Virus record (IMG/VR): IMGVR_UViG_3300037512_000782
Coordinates: 60,732-124,731 of that record
Source: a virus
Lineage: Duplodnaviria > Heunggongvirae > Uroviricota > Caudoviricetes
Strand: one strand, 5' to 3'
DNA: 64,000 nucleotides
The notes under the pieces were generated by a model that was given only the letters and a program-made list of their open reading frames with translations, was not told where the DNA came from and ran no database searches. Below are positions 28,172-36,337 of this stretch, one piece after another. Each line of letters opens with the position of its first letter. The stretch's first letter is position 1. The position numbers and the translations under genes were made by a program.

Positions 28172-28200
28172 TTGCAATTCAAATTGATAATGGCTATCTT
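28172..28200 (+). promoter_or_regulatory. sigma70-like promoter for the uvsW-rnh-gp46 operon
   Basis: TTGCAA-17 bp (starts TTCAAA)-TATCTT. Confidence 0.65.
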
Positions 28201-28208
28201 GTTCCATT

Positions 28209-28712
28209 ATGGCTTACACATCTTGTATAACAATCGAGTTACTATCAATGTTCCGCTGGAAGGAGACTGGGTGGAAGGCACCCGTGTCCTTGGTATCGCC
28301 GGATGTGACCATCCGTCTTGCAGCGCACGAGTCTTGCTCCAATAACAACTGGAAGCTTGACTTGGACGTGGAAAGTGTCGAGAACCATAATGAATGGGCC
28401 GACCCGTCCTTGCAAGACAAGATTGTTGCCGCCGTCATGAAGCGTTGCCAGCACGACGTCAAGGTCGTCCGCATCTTTGGCGCTTCGCTTCGCAATACCT
28501 ACATCAACGGTATGAAGCGTTCGAACATGTTCTTTCCGACCGACTTCCGTGTGAATTTCAACTACAAGTACAGATTCATCGTCGCGTTGGAAGGCGAGAC
28601 CTACGAAAAGCTTGACGGTATTTACTTGGTTCCGTCCTACATCCCGGCACCGCGAGATGGCTTTGACGCCGAGCAGTTCTACAAGTTGTGCTGTTACGAG
28701 AGATTTGAATAA
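28209..28712 (+). CDS. hypothetical protein
   Basis: 167-aa ORF coupled (TAATG) to uvsW. Confidence 0.7.
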   Translation: MAYTSCITIELLSMFRWKETGWKAPVSLVSPDVTIRLAAHESCSNNNWKLDLDVESVENHNEWADPSLQDKIVAAVMKRCQHDVKVVRIFGASLRNTYINGMKRSNMFFPTDFRVNFNYKYRFIVALEGETYEKLDGIYLVPSYIPAPRDGFDAEQFYKLCCYERFE

Positions 28713-30487
28713 TGGCCCAGCAACAGACAAATTTCGCACCGTCCGTCGTGCGCTTCGAGTACAATGACGCTATCCAGTGTCATGTAGCCATCGAATCCGA
28801 GGACAAGCGACTTGCCTACATGATTAACAGCTTCATATCGGCTGCCATGACGTTCTATGACAAGACGAAGTCGAAGACGTGGCAAGTGTCCGAAGGATTC
28901 AAGAGCGCATTCGTTACATTTTACGACCGTAAGTTCCAGTTACTACCGATCGGCTTAATACCGAGAGTCAGCCGTCTTGTCCATGGCCGTTTCGGTTCGA
29001 AGATCGAACTGACCAAGGATATCAACGACTTGTTCATTCCGCCTCGCGGAAAGCTGACTAGGAACGACGTCGTCGGTTTCGCCAATACGCTGAACTTGCA
29101 CAATCGTCTAACTGGCGAACCGATCATTCCGTACGAACATCAGTACAAGCTGGCCGAGCGAGCCATCAACGGACGCCGCATTTCGTTACTAGCTTGCACG
29201 AGCGCTGGCAAGTCTCTTGCCATGTGCATTATCGCGAGGTACTTAATATCTCGCGAGAACAAGAAGCTCTTGATCGTCGTGCCGTCCACCAACTTGGTCG
29301 AGCAGCTGTTCTCCGACTTCTACAACGACTATGGCTGGGAAGACGCTCGCCGTTATTGCACGTTGATTTACGCGGACTCCGATGACAAGTTGTCGAAATC
29401 ACAGAAGGAGAACTTGAAGAAGAACAACATTGGCGAAGAAGTCATGCTGAAGCAGATTACCATTTCGACGTGGCAGTCGCTCCAGAACAAGCCAGATTCC
29501 TTCTTCGAGTGCTTCACTGCGGTCATGGTCGACGAAGCCCACTCGACTCGCGGCGTCAAGTTACGAGATATCTTGGCCAAGTGCGTGAATGCCATCGACT
29601 TCAAGATTGGCGTGTCCGGTACTTTGCCGAGTGACGGTATCGACGCTGGCTACATCGAAAGTCAGCTTGGCCGCAAGGAAGACATCATCAGATTGAAGGA
29701 ACTCGTCGCACAAGGTATCCTTACCCCAGTGACTGTCCGTTCTATCTTGATTCCGTATCCTCCGCAGTTACGAAAGATGATCTGCCGCCAGACCTACGAT
29801 GACGAAGTCGCATTCTGCAGCTCCAACACGTCGCGCCAGGATATTGTCAAGCTGTTGATCGACGCTGGCAAGATTACGACCGAGCAGAACACGGTTATCT
29901 TGTTCAAGAATATCGATCCGCTTGAAATGATGCACGAGTTTCTTGCAGCGAACTATCCGCAGTTCACTTACCATATCATCAAGGGTGACGTGTCCGTGGA
30001 TGAACGCGAGGATATTCGTAAGTCGATCGAGTATTCGACTGGCCACATCATCTTGGCAACTTACGGCTGCATGAAGCAAGGCGTCAACATCAAGCTTCTG
30101 CACAACTTAATATTTGCCAACCCGGCGAAGTCTGTGTACATGGTCGTCCAGTCGATCGGTCGTATTGTGCGTCCGCACAAGGACAAGAAGATGGCCTATG
30201 TGTATGACTTGGTCGACGATGCGTCGTACGAGTATATCGGACGTTCCGGATATCCTATCGTGAAGACGAACTACATGGTCAAGCACTACGATATCCGTCG
30301 TTCCTACTATGACGACGACGAAATTCCGGTCGAGGAGATCAACTTCACTGGAATTTACGAAGCCAAGATTGACGAAAATGTTATAGCCGAGCGCAAGAAG
30401 AAGGCTGCCGACAAGGCGAAGGCCAAGGCCGAGAAGGCCGTCAGCAAGAGCAAGGCTAAAGTATTCAAGAACAAATTTTTCTTATAA
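28712..30487 (+). CDS. uvsW: UvsW-like superfamily 2 helicase
   Basis: PYEHQ, CTSAGKS, VVPSTNLVEQ, STWQS, VDEAH, GVSGT, QSIGR, YDLVDD. Confidence 0.92.
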   Translation: MAQQQTNFAPSVVRFEYNDAIQCHVAIESEDKRLAYMINSFISAAMTFYDKTKSKTWQVSEGFKSAFVTFYDRKFQLLPIGLIPRVSRLVHGRFGSKIELTKDINDLFIPPRGKLTRNDVVGFANTLNLHNRLTGEPIIPYEHQYKLAERAINGRRISLLACTSAGKSLAMCIIARYLISRENKKLLIVVPSTNLVEQLFSDFYNDYGWEDARRYCTLIYADSDDKLSKSQKENLKKNNIGEEVMLKQITISTWQSLQNKPDSFFECFTAVMVDEAHSTRGVKLRDILAKCVNAIDFKIGVSGTLPSDGIDAGYIESQLGRKEDIIRLKELVAQGILTPVTVRSILIPYPPQLRKMICRQTYDDEVAFCSSNTSRQDIVKLLIDAGKITTEQNTVILFKNIDPLEMMHEFLAANYPQFTYHIIKGDVSVDEREDIRKSIEYSTGHIILATYGCMKQGVNIKLLHNLIFANPAKSVYMVVQSIGRIVRPHKDKKMAYVYDLVDDASYEYIGRSGYPIVKTNYMVKHYDIRRSYYDDDEIPVEEINFTGIYEAKIDENVIAERKKKAADKAKAKAEKAVSKSKAKVFKNKFFL

Positions 30488-30496
30488 GGTTAATTT

Positions 30497-30958
30497 ATGC
30501 GAGGTACAATAACTTATTGGGATGGCATTCGTCGGTTCTTCGCCGAGCGCGGGTTTGACCGGGCCAAGTTGGACAGAAACTGCTTTGACGGTTTCAAGAT
30601 TGTCTCTGCCGATATTCACGAGCCGCTTGAAGGCTATGCGGTTTTCCGTGAATCTGCACCGGATATCTTTGCGCAGTTCGACCGTCTCGACTGTTCTGTA
30701 GACCGTCCGACGGATTACTACCGCGACTTCTTTATCGGTGAATGCAAGCGTCCGCGTGAGGCGCAGCAGTTGGTCGATGCTCTTTATGAAGTTGCCGCGA
30801 TGGATCCTCCAGAACCAGTATATGAATCCGCTGATGTCGTTCATACGGTTAGTTTGGAAGTCTTGAACGATATTGCTGCCATGAGTGGCAGTACACCAGC
30901 AATTAAAGGCGAACCGTTTGTCAATACCGATGGTGAGCTCGTTGTAGAACTGGCTTAG
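30497..30958 (+). CDS. hypothetical protein
   Basis: 153-aa ORF in operon, AAGG RBS. Confidence 0.7.
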   Translation: MRGTITYWDGIRRFFAERGFDRAKLDRNCFDGFKIVSADIHEPLEGYAVFRESAPDIFAQFDRLDCSVDRPTDYYRDFFIGECKRPREAQQLVDALYEVAAMDPPEPVYESADVVHTVSLEVLNDIAAMSGSTPAIKGEPFVNTDGELVVELA

Positions 30959-30966
30959 GAGTTATT

Positions 30967-32322
30967 ATGGAATTCAAGTCAAAGCCTCTCAAGAGTTATC
31001 CGTTCAAGAACAATCGCCTTCTCGTTATCGACTGGGCATCGCTTTCCTATCATCAGCTTTGGTCAATGAAGACGAAGTCCAGCAAGAAGCAGCTGGGCAG
31101 TGTGTTGCCGGAAGACGACGAAATGATCGTCTGGCGAGCAAAGATGTTCAACCGCATGCTGGACTACATCAGACTTTTCAATCCGATGGACATTATTCTC
31201 TGCCTTGAAGGCAAGAAGGCATGGCGCAAGCAAGTCGTCAAGGACTATTACACAAAGTATGCCGAAGTCTATTACGATAGCATCGGCTACTATGTCTGCA
31301 GCGACAATTATGCCTACCGTGTGACGAAATGCGGCGATACTTACGGCGTGGCCAAGATTTCTCCGAAGGAACGCCCGGTGTTCGAATCGTTGAAGCATCG
31401 TCCGCTCGGAAAGTTGCCTCAGCAGACCCAAGACATGCTTTGGGGAATCAAGACGCTCTCTGGAACTCCGGTGCTTCCGTCGTACAAGGGAAAGCGTGGC
31501 GCGTCTCCTTGGGAATTCTCGGTCGACAAGAAGTATTGGCAAGCCTACAAGGATGAATACGCAATGGAACTTGCTCCGTTCTTCCGCGCAAAGGCTGTCA
31601 AGTGCGACATTGCCGAAGGCGACGACATGATCTATGCCGCCGTCAAGAAGTACAGCGGCGACTACGACGATGTCATCGTCATCACGCGAGACTCCGATAT
31701 GTCCCAGATCGACGTGAAGAACTTGAAGATTTTCAACCACACGTCCGAGAATTTCGTCGAATGTCTCTATCCGCAGAAGTACCTTGACGCCAAGGTTCTA
31801 TCTGGAGATACCTCTGACAATATCCGTGGCATGGCCTATGTCGATGCGAAGACTGGCGAGTACAAGCCGACCAAGGCTAACGCCGTCTCCGAAAAGGAAG
31901 CCGTGACCTTGCTTGAAAACTGCCCGAACATCTATGCTGTAGCCCAGGCTAATGGCTGGGGCGAACAGTACATGAGGAACCGTACATTGATCGACTTGTC
32001 GATGGTTCCTCGTAACGTGTCCGAGGCTATCGACGTCGTGATGGATAAGCCAGCCCCAGAACTGGCTATCGACTGGAACAAGACCAATGAATGGGGCATC
32101 CCAGAAAGCAAGGTGGACTACTATCGCACTCTGCAGCAGTTCGGTTTCTTCGCCGTACTCAAGCGCGAAAACGCCAACCCAGAATCGTTCAAGGGCGAAC
32201 AGCTCGTCCAGAAGGAAGCCGACATGAACCAGAAGCTGCTGGATGATATGTCTACTGGTCTGGATTTCGAGTCGGTTGAAGGAATCTTCGACGGCCCGGC
32301 GTTTGACATCGGAATGCTTTAA
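30967..32322 (+). CDS. rnh: T4 RNase H-like 5'-3' exonuclease (FEN family)
   Basis: LLVIDW, KAWRK, YKGKR, EGDDMI, TRDSDMSQ, GDTSDNI, RNRTLIDL. Confidence 0.88.
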   Translation: MEFKSKPLKSYPFKNNRLLVIDWASLSYHQLWSMKTKSSKKQLGSVLPEDDEMIVWRAKMFNRMLDYIRLFNPMDIILCLEGKKAWRKQVVKDYYTKYAEVYYDSIGYYVCSDNYAYRVTKCGDTYGVAKISPKERPVFESLKHRPLGKLPQQTQDMLWGIKTLSGTPVLPSYKGKRGASPWEFSVDKKYWQAYKDEYAMELAPFFRAKAVKCDIAEGDDMIYAAVKKYSGDYDDVIVITRDSDMSQIDVKNLKIFNHTSENFVECLYPQKYLDAKVLSGDTSDNIRGMAYVDAKTGEYKPTKANAVSEKEAVTLLENCPNIYAVAQANGWGEQYMRNRTLIDLSMVPRNVSEAIDVVMDKPAPELAIDWNKTNEWGIPESKVDYYRTLQQFGFFAVLKRENANPESFKGEQLVQKEADMNQKLLDDMSTGLDFESVEGIFDGPAFDIGML

Positions 32323-32354
32323 AGTTATATTTATTGGCGTATATTGAGGAAATT

Positions 32355-34025
32355 ATGGCAGAAACACCAGTAAACGCATTGGTTCGTGTGTCCACGAACA
32401 ATGAACTTGATTTTAACGAATGGCTCGATTACCATATCGCGCTGGGATTTAACCGTATATTTGTCTATGACTCTGGGAACCACGGCTGGCTTCCGGATGC
32501 TTGCCGCAAGCGTGAAGAACATGTCACGCTTGTTCCGCTTGCTGGTAATGACTGGCGCAAGAAGAGCAACATCATCAAGGCTTATGTCGCACAGACTACG
32601 GAACCGTCTTGGGCAGTGTGCCTCGAAGACGACGAATTCATCTGGCTTGACTTGAACGTAAGTCGCTCTATCAGCAGCTTCATCAACAAGTATTTCGGCA
32701 CTGCAGCTTTGGCTATGTCGGTGTACGTGAAGTATCTGTCGTCCGAAAAGCCGATGAAGAACCGTGTCGGCACACTGATCGACTGCTTCCAGCATGCTCG
32801 TCCGAATCCGCAAGGTCTCGTGCATCCGTGCTCGCATACGCCGAACTTCACCTTTACTTTCTTCTACGTTCCAGACAATCGTTGCGTCCCTATGCGCGGC
32901 CCTCTTACTCCGAACACGCAGTATTGGCGTGACTTCAAGGGCACTGTTCTTACGGAAGCTGGCCTTGGCAAGTATCTCACTTCCCAGCAGTACAATCCGG
33001 ACGCCTATCCAGTGCGCGGCTACAAGTATGGCTTGAAGTCTGGTATGGAAATGGGCATGCAGCCTGGAACCAAGCCAGTCGGCTATACCGTCCGTGACAA
33101 CACCATGATCAACGAACGCGCCGCCTTGCTGCAAATTCCGGTCAACGAGGCTACCGAAGAACTGTTCGCCAAGGACGAACTTCTCGTGGAACAGCCGACG
33201 TTGCCGAAGCGCGAAATTTCTCCAGAAGAAGCTGCGGAACTCGAATTGCCGATTCCTCTTGGTAAGATCGACACCTTCATCCTTTATGGCTATCCGCTTG
33301 AACATGTCATCGACTTCGCTGTCAAGAACGGCTACGAAGATACTCCGGAACACCGCACGGTGGTCGAGCGCGTGTATCGTCGCGAATGTTCAATGATTAT
33401 CGAGTCGACTCCGGTCTACAAGCGTCTCGCCGAACTTGAAGCCGAAGGTGGCCGCACCGACGACATGATCTGTGCCGAACTCAAGATCAGCTACCCGGCC
33501 CTCTTGAAGATGCGCAAGTGCATGTCAGTGCTGAACATCAATGAACACGAAGCCAAAAAGGCAGATGCTGAAGCTGCTGCAGTCGAAACTGACAATGCGC
33601 AAGCGAAGGCTGTCGTCGAAAGTTCCGACATGGCCGAACTCACCAAGCAGTTTGACGAGACCGTCAATGCCCATCCGATTTCCAAGGAAGACGAGAAGCG
33701 CTTTGACGACAAGGTCGAGGAACAGAAGGCCAAGCGCCGCGAACGCGCAAAGAAGGCTCGTGAAAAGAAGAAGGCCAACCAAGAAGCCAAGAAGGCTGCC
33801 GAGGCTACCGAGGATGAAACTCTGCTGAGTGGCGATATCAAGATTTATAAAGATATCTATGCTGATGCGAGCTACGCATTGATTGGTAAGGCATCCGACA
33901 AGGCATCCGACAAGGAACCGCCTAAAGAGTCCGAAAAGAAGGAAGACGATGTCGAACTCGACCTTGGTGATACTAACCTTCTGAACAATACCGACCTTTC
34001 CGCATTTGGTAATATAGATGCATAA
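32355..34025 (+). CDS. glycosyltransferase-like protein (GT-A, GT2/GT92-like N-terminus) with charged C-terminal tail containing a capsid-like peptide
   Basis: EWLDYHIALGFNRIFVYDSG and WAVCLEDDEFI motifs; GAGGA RBS supports ATG 32355. Confidence 0.7.
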   Translation: MAETPVNALVRVSTNNELDFNEWLDYHIALGFNRIFVYDSGNHGWLPDACRKREEHVTLVPLAGNDWRKKSNIIKAYVAQTTEPSWAVCLEDDEFIWLDLNVSRSISSFINKYFGTAALAMSVYVKYLSSEKPMKNRVGTLIDCFQHARPNPQGLVHPCSHTPNFTFTFFYVPDNRCVPMRGPLTPNTQYWRDFKGTVLTEAGLGKYLTSQQYNPDAYPVRGYKYGLKSGMEMGMQPGTKPVGYTVRDNTMINERAALLQIPVNEATEELFAKDELLVEQPTLPKREISPEEAAELELPIPLGKIDTFILYGYPLEHVIDFAVKNGYEDTPEHRTVVERVYRRECSMIIESTPVYKRLAELEAEGGRTDDMICAELKISYPALLKMRKCMSVLNINEHEAKKADAEAAAVETDNAQAKAVVESSDMAELTKQFDETVNAHPISKEDEKRFDDKVEEQKAKRRERAKKAREKKKANQEAKKAAEATEDETLLSGDIKIYKDIYADASYALIGKASDKASDKEPPKESEKKEDDVELDLGDTNLLNNTDLSAFGNIDA

Positions 34026-36282
34026 GATTATTTTCAAGGAACTTGAGTTCCGCAATTTCATGTCGTACGGAAACACGAAGAATGTCTTCGAGTTCCGTGA
34101 CGGCTTGACTTGGCTCAGTGGCGACAACGGCTTCGGCAAGTCCGCCATTGTTGAGGCGATGACTTTCGCCTTACTAGGTGTCTCTTACCGTGGCGGTAAG
34201 AAGGAAGAATTACGAAACACGAAGAATGCCAACGACGGCGCGGTCACGATGGTTCAGTTGACCTTCGATACGGAAAATCCGCAAGACGGTCACGAGTCAT
34301 GGCGCGTACTTCGTACGATTTCTGGAAAGTCATCGACGGTGAAGTTCACCATCGAGAAGCTTGAAGGCGAGGACTGGGTCGTCCAGAACAAACGAGCTGG
34401 TTTCAGCCAGCAAGACTTCGAAGAAAAGATCCTTCAGTTCAATGAAGTGCTTTTCAAGAACGTCATAGCAATGAACACCCAAGAGACGCTTCCGTTCTTC
34501 ATGCTCCCGGCAGCGAAGAAGCGCGAATTACTAGAGTCGATTATTTCTCTGTCCCTCGACGCTTGGAAGAAGGCTAACCACAAGCGATTGTCTGATGCCA
34601 CGATTTCTTTCAACGTGGCTCAGTCCGATATGCAGCAGCTCAACAACGAAGTTGTCGAACTGAAGCAGATTCACGCTCGCATGGTTGCAGAACGCGCCGA
34701 GAACCTTGACCAGATGAAAGCTGATTACGCGGCTCTGGACTCGCAGTACACGACTCTCTACGCGGACTACAGAGGCCATGAAGACACCAAGTTCGATCTC
34801 AATGAGCAGTTGAACCAGATCCGTAACGATCTCGCCGCCGAAACCGATATTGACAACGAAATCGATCGAATCAATCGCCAGTCTGCAAAGCTTCCGCAGC
34901 TCACCGATGCCAAGGAACGCTATGCTACTGCCGAGGCGGCTTATAACAAGTTACTAGCCGACCACGAGGTCTATGAGCAGACCATGCAAGGTGTCGTTGA
35001 ATCGTATAATGACATCCAAGAAAAGCTTTCCGATATTCCGTCGGCTCGTGCCAAGGTCGACCGTCAGTACGGCATCAAGGAAAACGAAATCCGCTTACGA
35101 ACTGAACAGCGTGACCAGTTGACCGAGACGGCAAAGTCGTTCAAGGTCGGTACTCCGTGTCCGACTTGCGGCCACATTTCCGACGAGTCCGACGTCGAGC
35201 GTCACAAGGCCGAACTGCGTGTCAAGTGGACTGCGCTCAATGACCAAGTCAAGGCTTTGAAGACTGAGCTTGCCCCATTGAAGGAACAGCTTAGCCAGTT
35301 TGATAACCAAGTGGTTGAGTATCGTTCGCAGCTTGACGCATTGCAGCCGAGGATCGATGAGTACCAGTCTTATCTGGACAACGAAAAGACTGCGGCATAC
35401 ACCGAAATGATTACGGCGAAGAACGAAGTATCTCGTCTTGAGCGCGAGCTTGGCAATGTCGACCTCGATTCGCTTTCGGCTCGTCTCGATGAACTCAAGA
35501 AGGAAAAGACGAAGTTCCCTGCCCTTCGCGAGACGTACGAGTCGCTTAACGATAAGTACAACAGCATCGTTGCCGCGCAGAGTGAGCTTTCCGGACAGCT
35601 TACCCAGATTCGTACTCGTAAGGAAACCTTGAAGGCTGACATCGAACGTGCCGAAAATTCTACCGACGACTCGATCGCCGTCATGGAAGAGAAGATTAAG
35701 AAGAACAAGGTCTTACTAGCCGAAGCTGAAAAGAACTTGCATTCGGCCAGCGACACGATCGCTATCTGCAATACTATCACGAAGGTCTGTGCCGACGATG
35801 GTATGAAGAAGATGGTGTTCAGTATGTTCGTCCCGGCGTTCAACAAGGCCGTGCAGCGCAACATCGCAAAGGCTCATTTGCCGTTCGTCGTGACGTTCAG
35901 CGATTCCATGGACTATACGTTCAAGACTCTGCCGGGTCTGTCGCCGTCCTACACGATGCTCTCCCAAGGCCAGAAGCGCAAGCTCGGTTTCGCTATCTCC
36001 ATGGCGTTCCGCGACTTCGTGTCGCTTGTCGGAAACTTCAATGTCAACTTCTTGTCTCTCGACGAAGTGCTCGACATTTCTACCGACGACAACTCCATGC
36101 GTGACATGCTCGACCTTGCCAAGCTGATGTTGGCCGATATCGGATGCGCAGTCATCATTACTCACCGTGGCAAGGTGGTGTCGGATAAGTTCGACTTCCA
36201 TCAGGCCGTGACGAATAATGGTCTGTACTCGACGCTTGGGCCCATCAAGCCGATGTGGGAAAAAGAGCAAGAGCCCGCCTAG
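34018..36282 (+). CDS. gp46: T4 gp46-like (Rad50/SbcC) recombination ATPase
   Basis: FRNFMSYGN, Walker A GDNGFGKS, coiled coil with CPTC zinc hook, LSQGQ signature, LSLDE, ITH. Confidence 0.92.
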   Translation: MHKIIFKELEFRNFMSYGNTKNVFEFRDGLTWLSGDNGFGKSAIVEAMTFALLGVSYRGGKKEELRNTKNANDGAVTMVQLTFDTENPQDGHESWRVLRTISGKSSTVKFTIEKLEGEDWVVQNKRAGFSQQDFEEKILQFNEVLFKNVIAMNTQETLPFFMLPAAKKRELLESIISLSLDAWKKANHKRLSDATISFNVAQSDMQQLNNEVVELKQIHARMVAERAENLDQMKADYAALDSQYTTLYADYRGHEDTKFDLNEQLNQIRNDLAAETDIDNEIDRINRQSAKLPQLTDAKERYATAEAAYNKLLADHEVYEQTMQGVVESYNDIQEKLSDIPSARAKVDRQYGIKENEIRLRTEQRDQLTETAKSFKVGTPCPTCGHISDESDVERHKAELRVKWTALNDQVKALKTELAPLKEQLSQFDNQVVEYRSQLDALQPRIDEYQSYLDNEKTAAYTEMITAKNEVSRLERELGNVDLDSLSARLDELKKEKTKFPALRETYESLNDKYNSIVAAQSELSGQLTQIRTRKETLKADIERAENSTDDSIAVMEEKIKKNKVLLAEAEKNLHSASDTIAICNTITKVCADDGMKKMVFSMFVPAFNKAVQRNIAKAHLPFVVTFSDSMDYTFKTLPGLSPSYTMLSQGQKRKLGFAISMAFRDFVSLVGNFNVNFLSLDEVLDISTDDNSMRDMLDLAKLMLADIGCAVIITHRGKVVSDKFDFHQAVTNNGLYSTLGPIKPMWEKEQEPA

Positions 36283-36289
36283 AACATCG

Positions 36290-36331
36290 GCCTCGGTTAC
36301 GGAACTGATAAACTAGGCATGTAACCGAGGC
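36290..36331 (+). promoter_or_regulatory. late promoter inside an RBS-sequestering hairpin
   Basis: GCCTCGGTTAC / GTAACCGAGGC 11-bp stem; GATAAACT at 36307-14 in the loop; GAGG RBS in the 3' arm. Confidence 0.75.
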
Positions 36332-36337
36332 GTTTTC

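Noticed and set aside
30497-30560. Cold-shock-like N-terminus MRGTITYWDG
   Set aside because: The RNP1 motif (KGFGFI) is missing; resemblance too short to call
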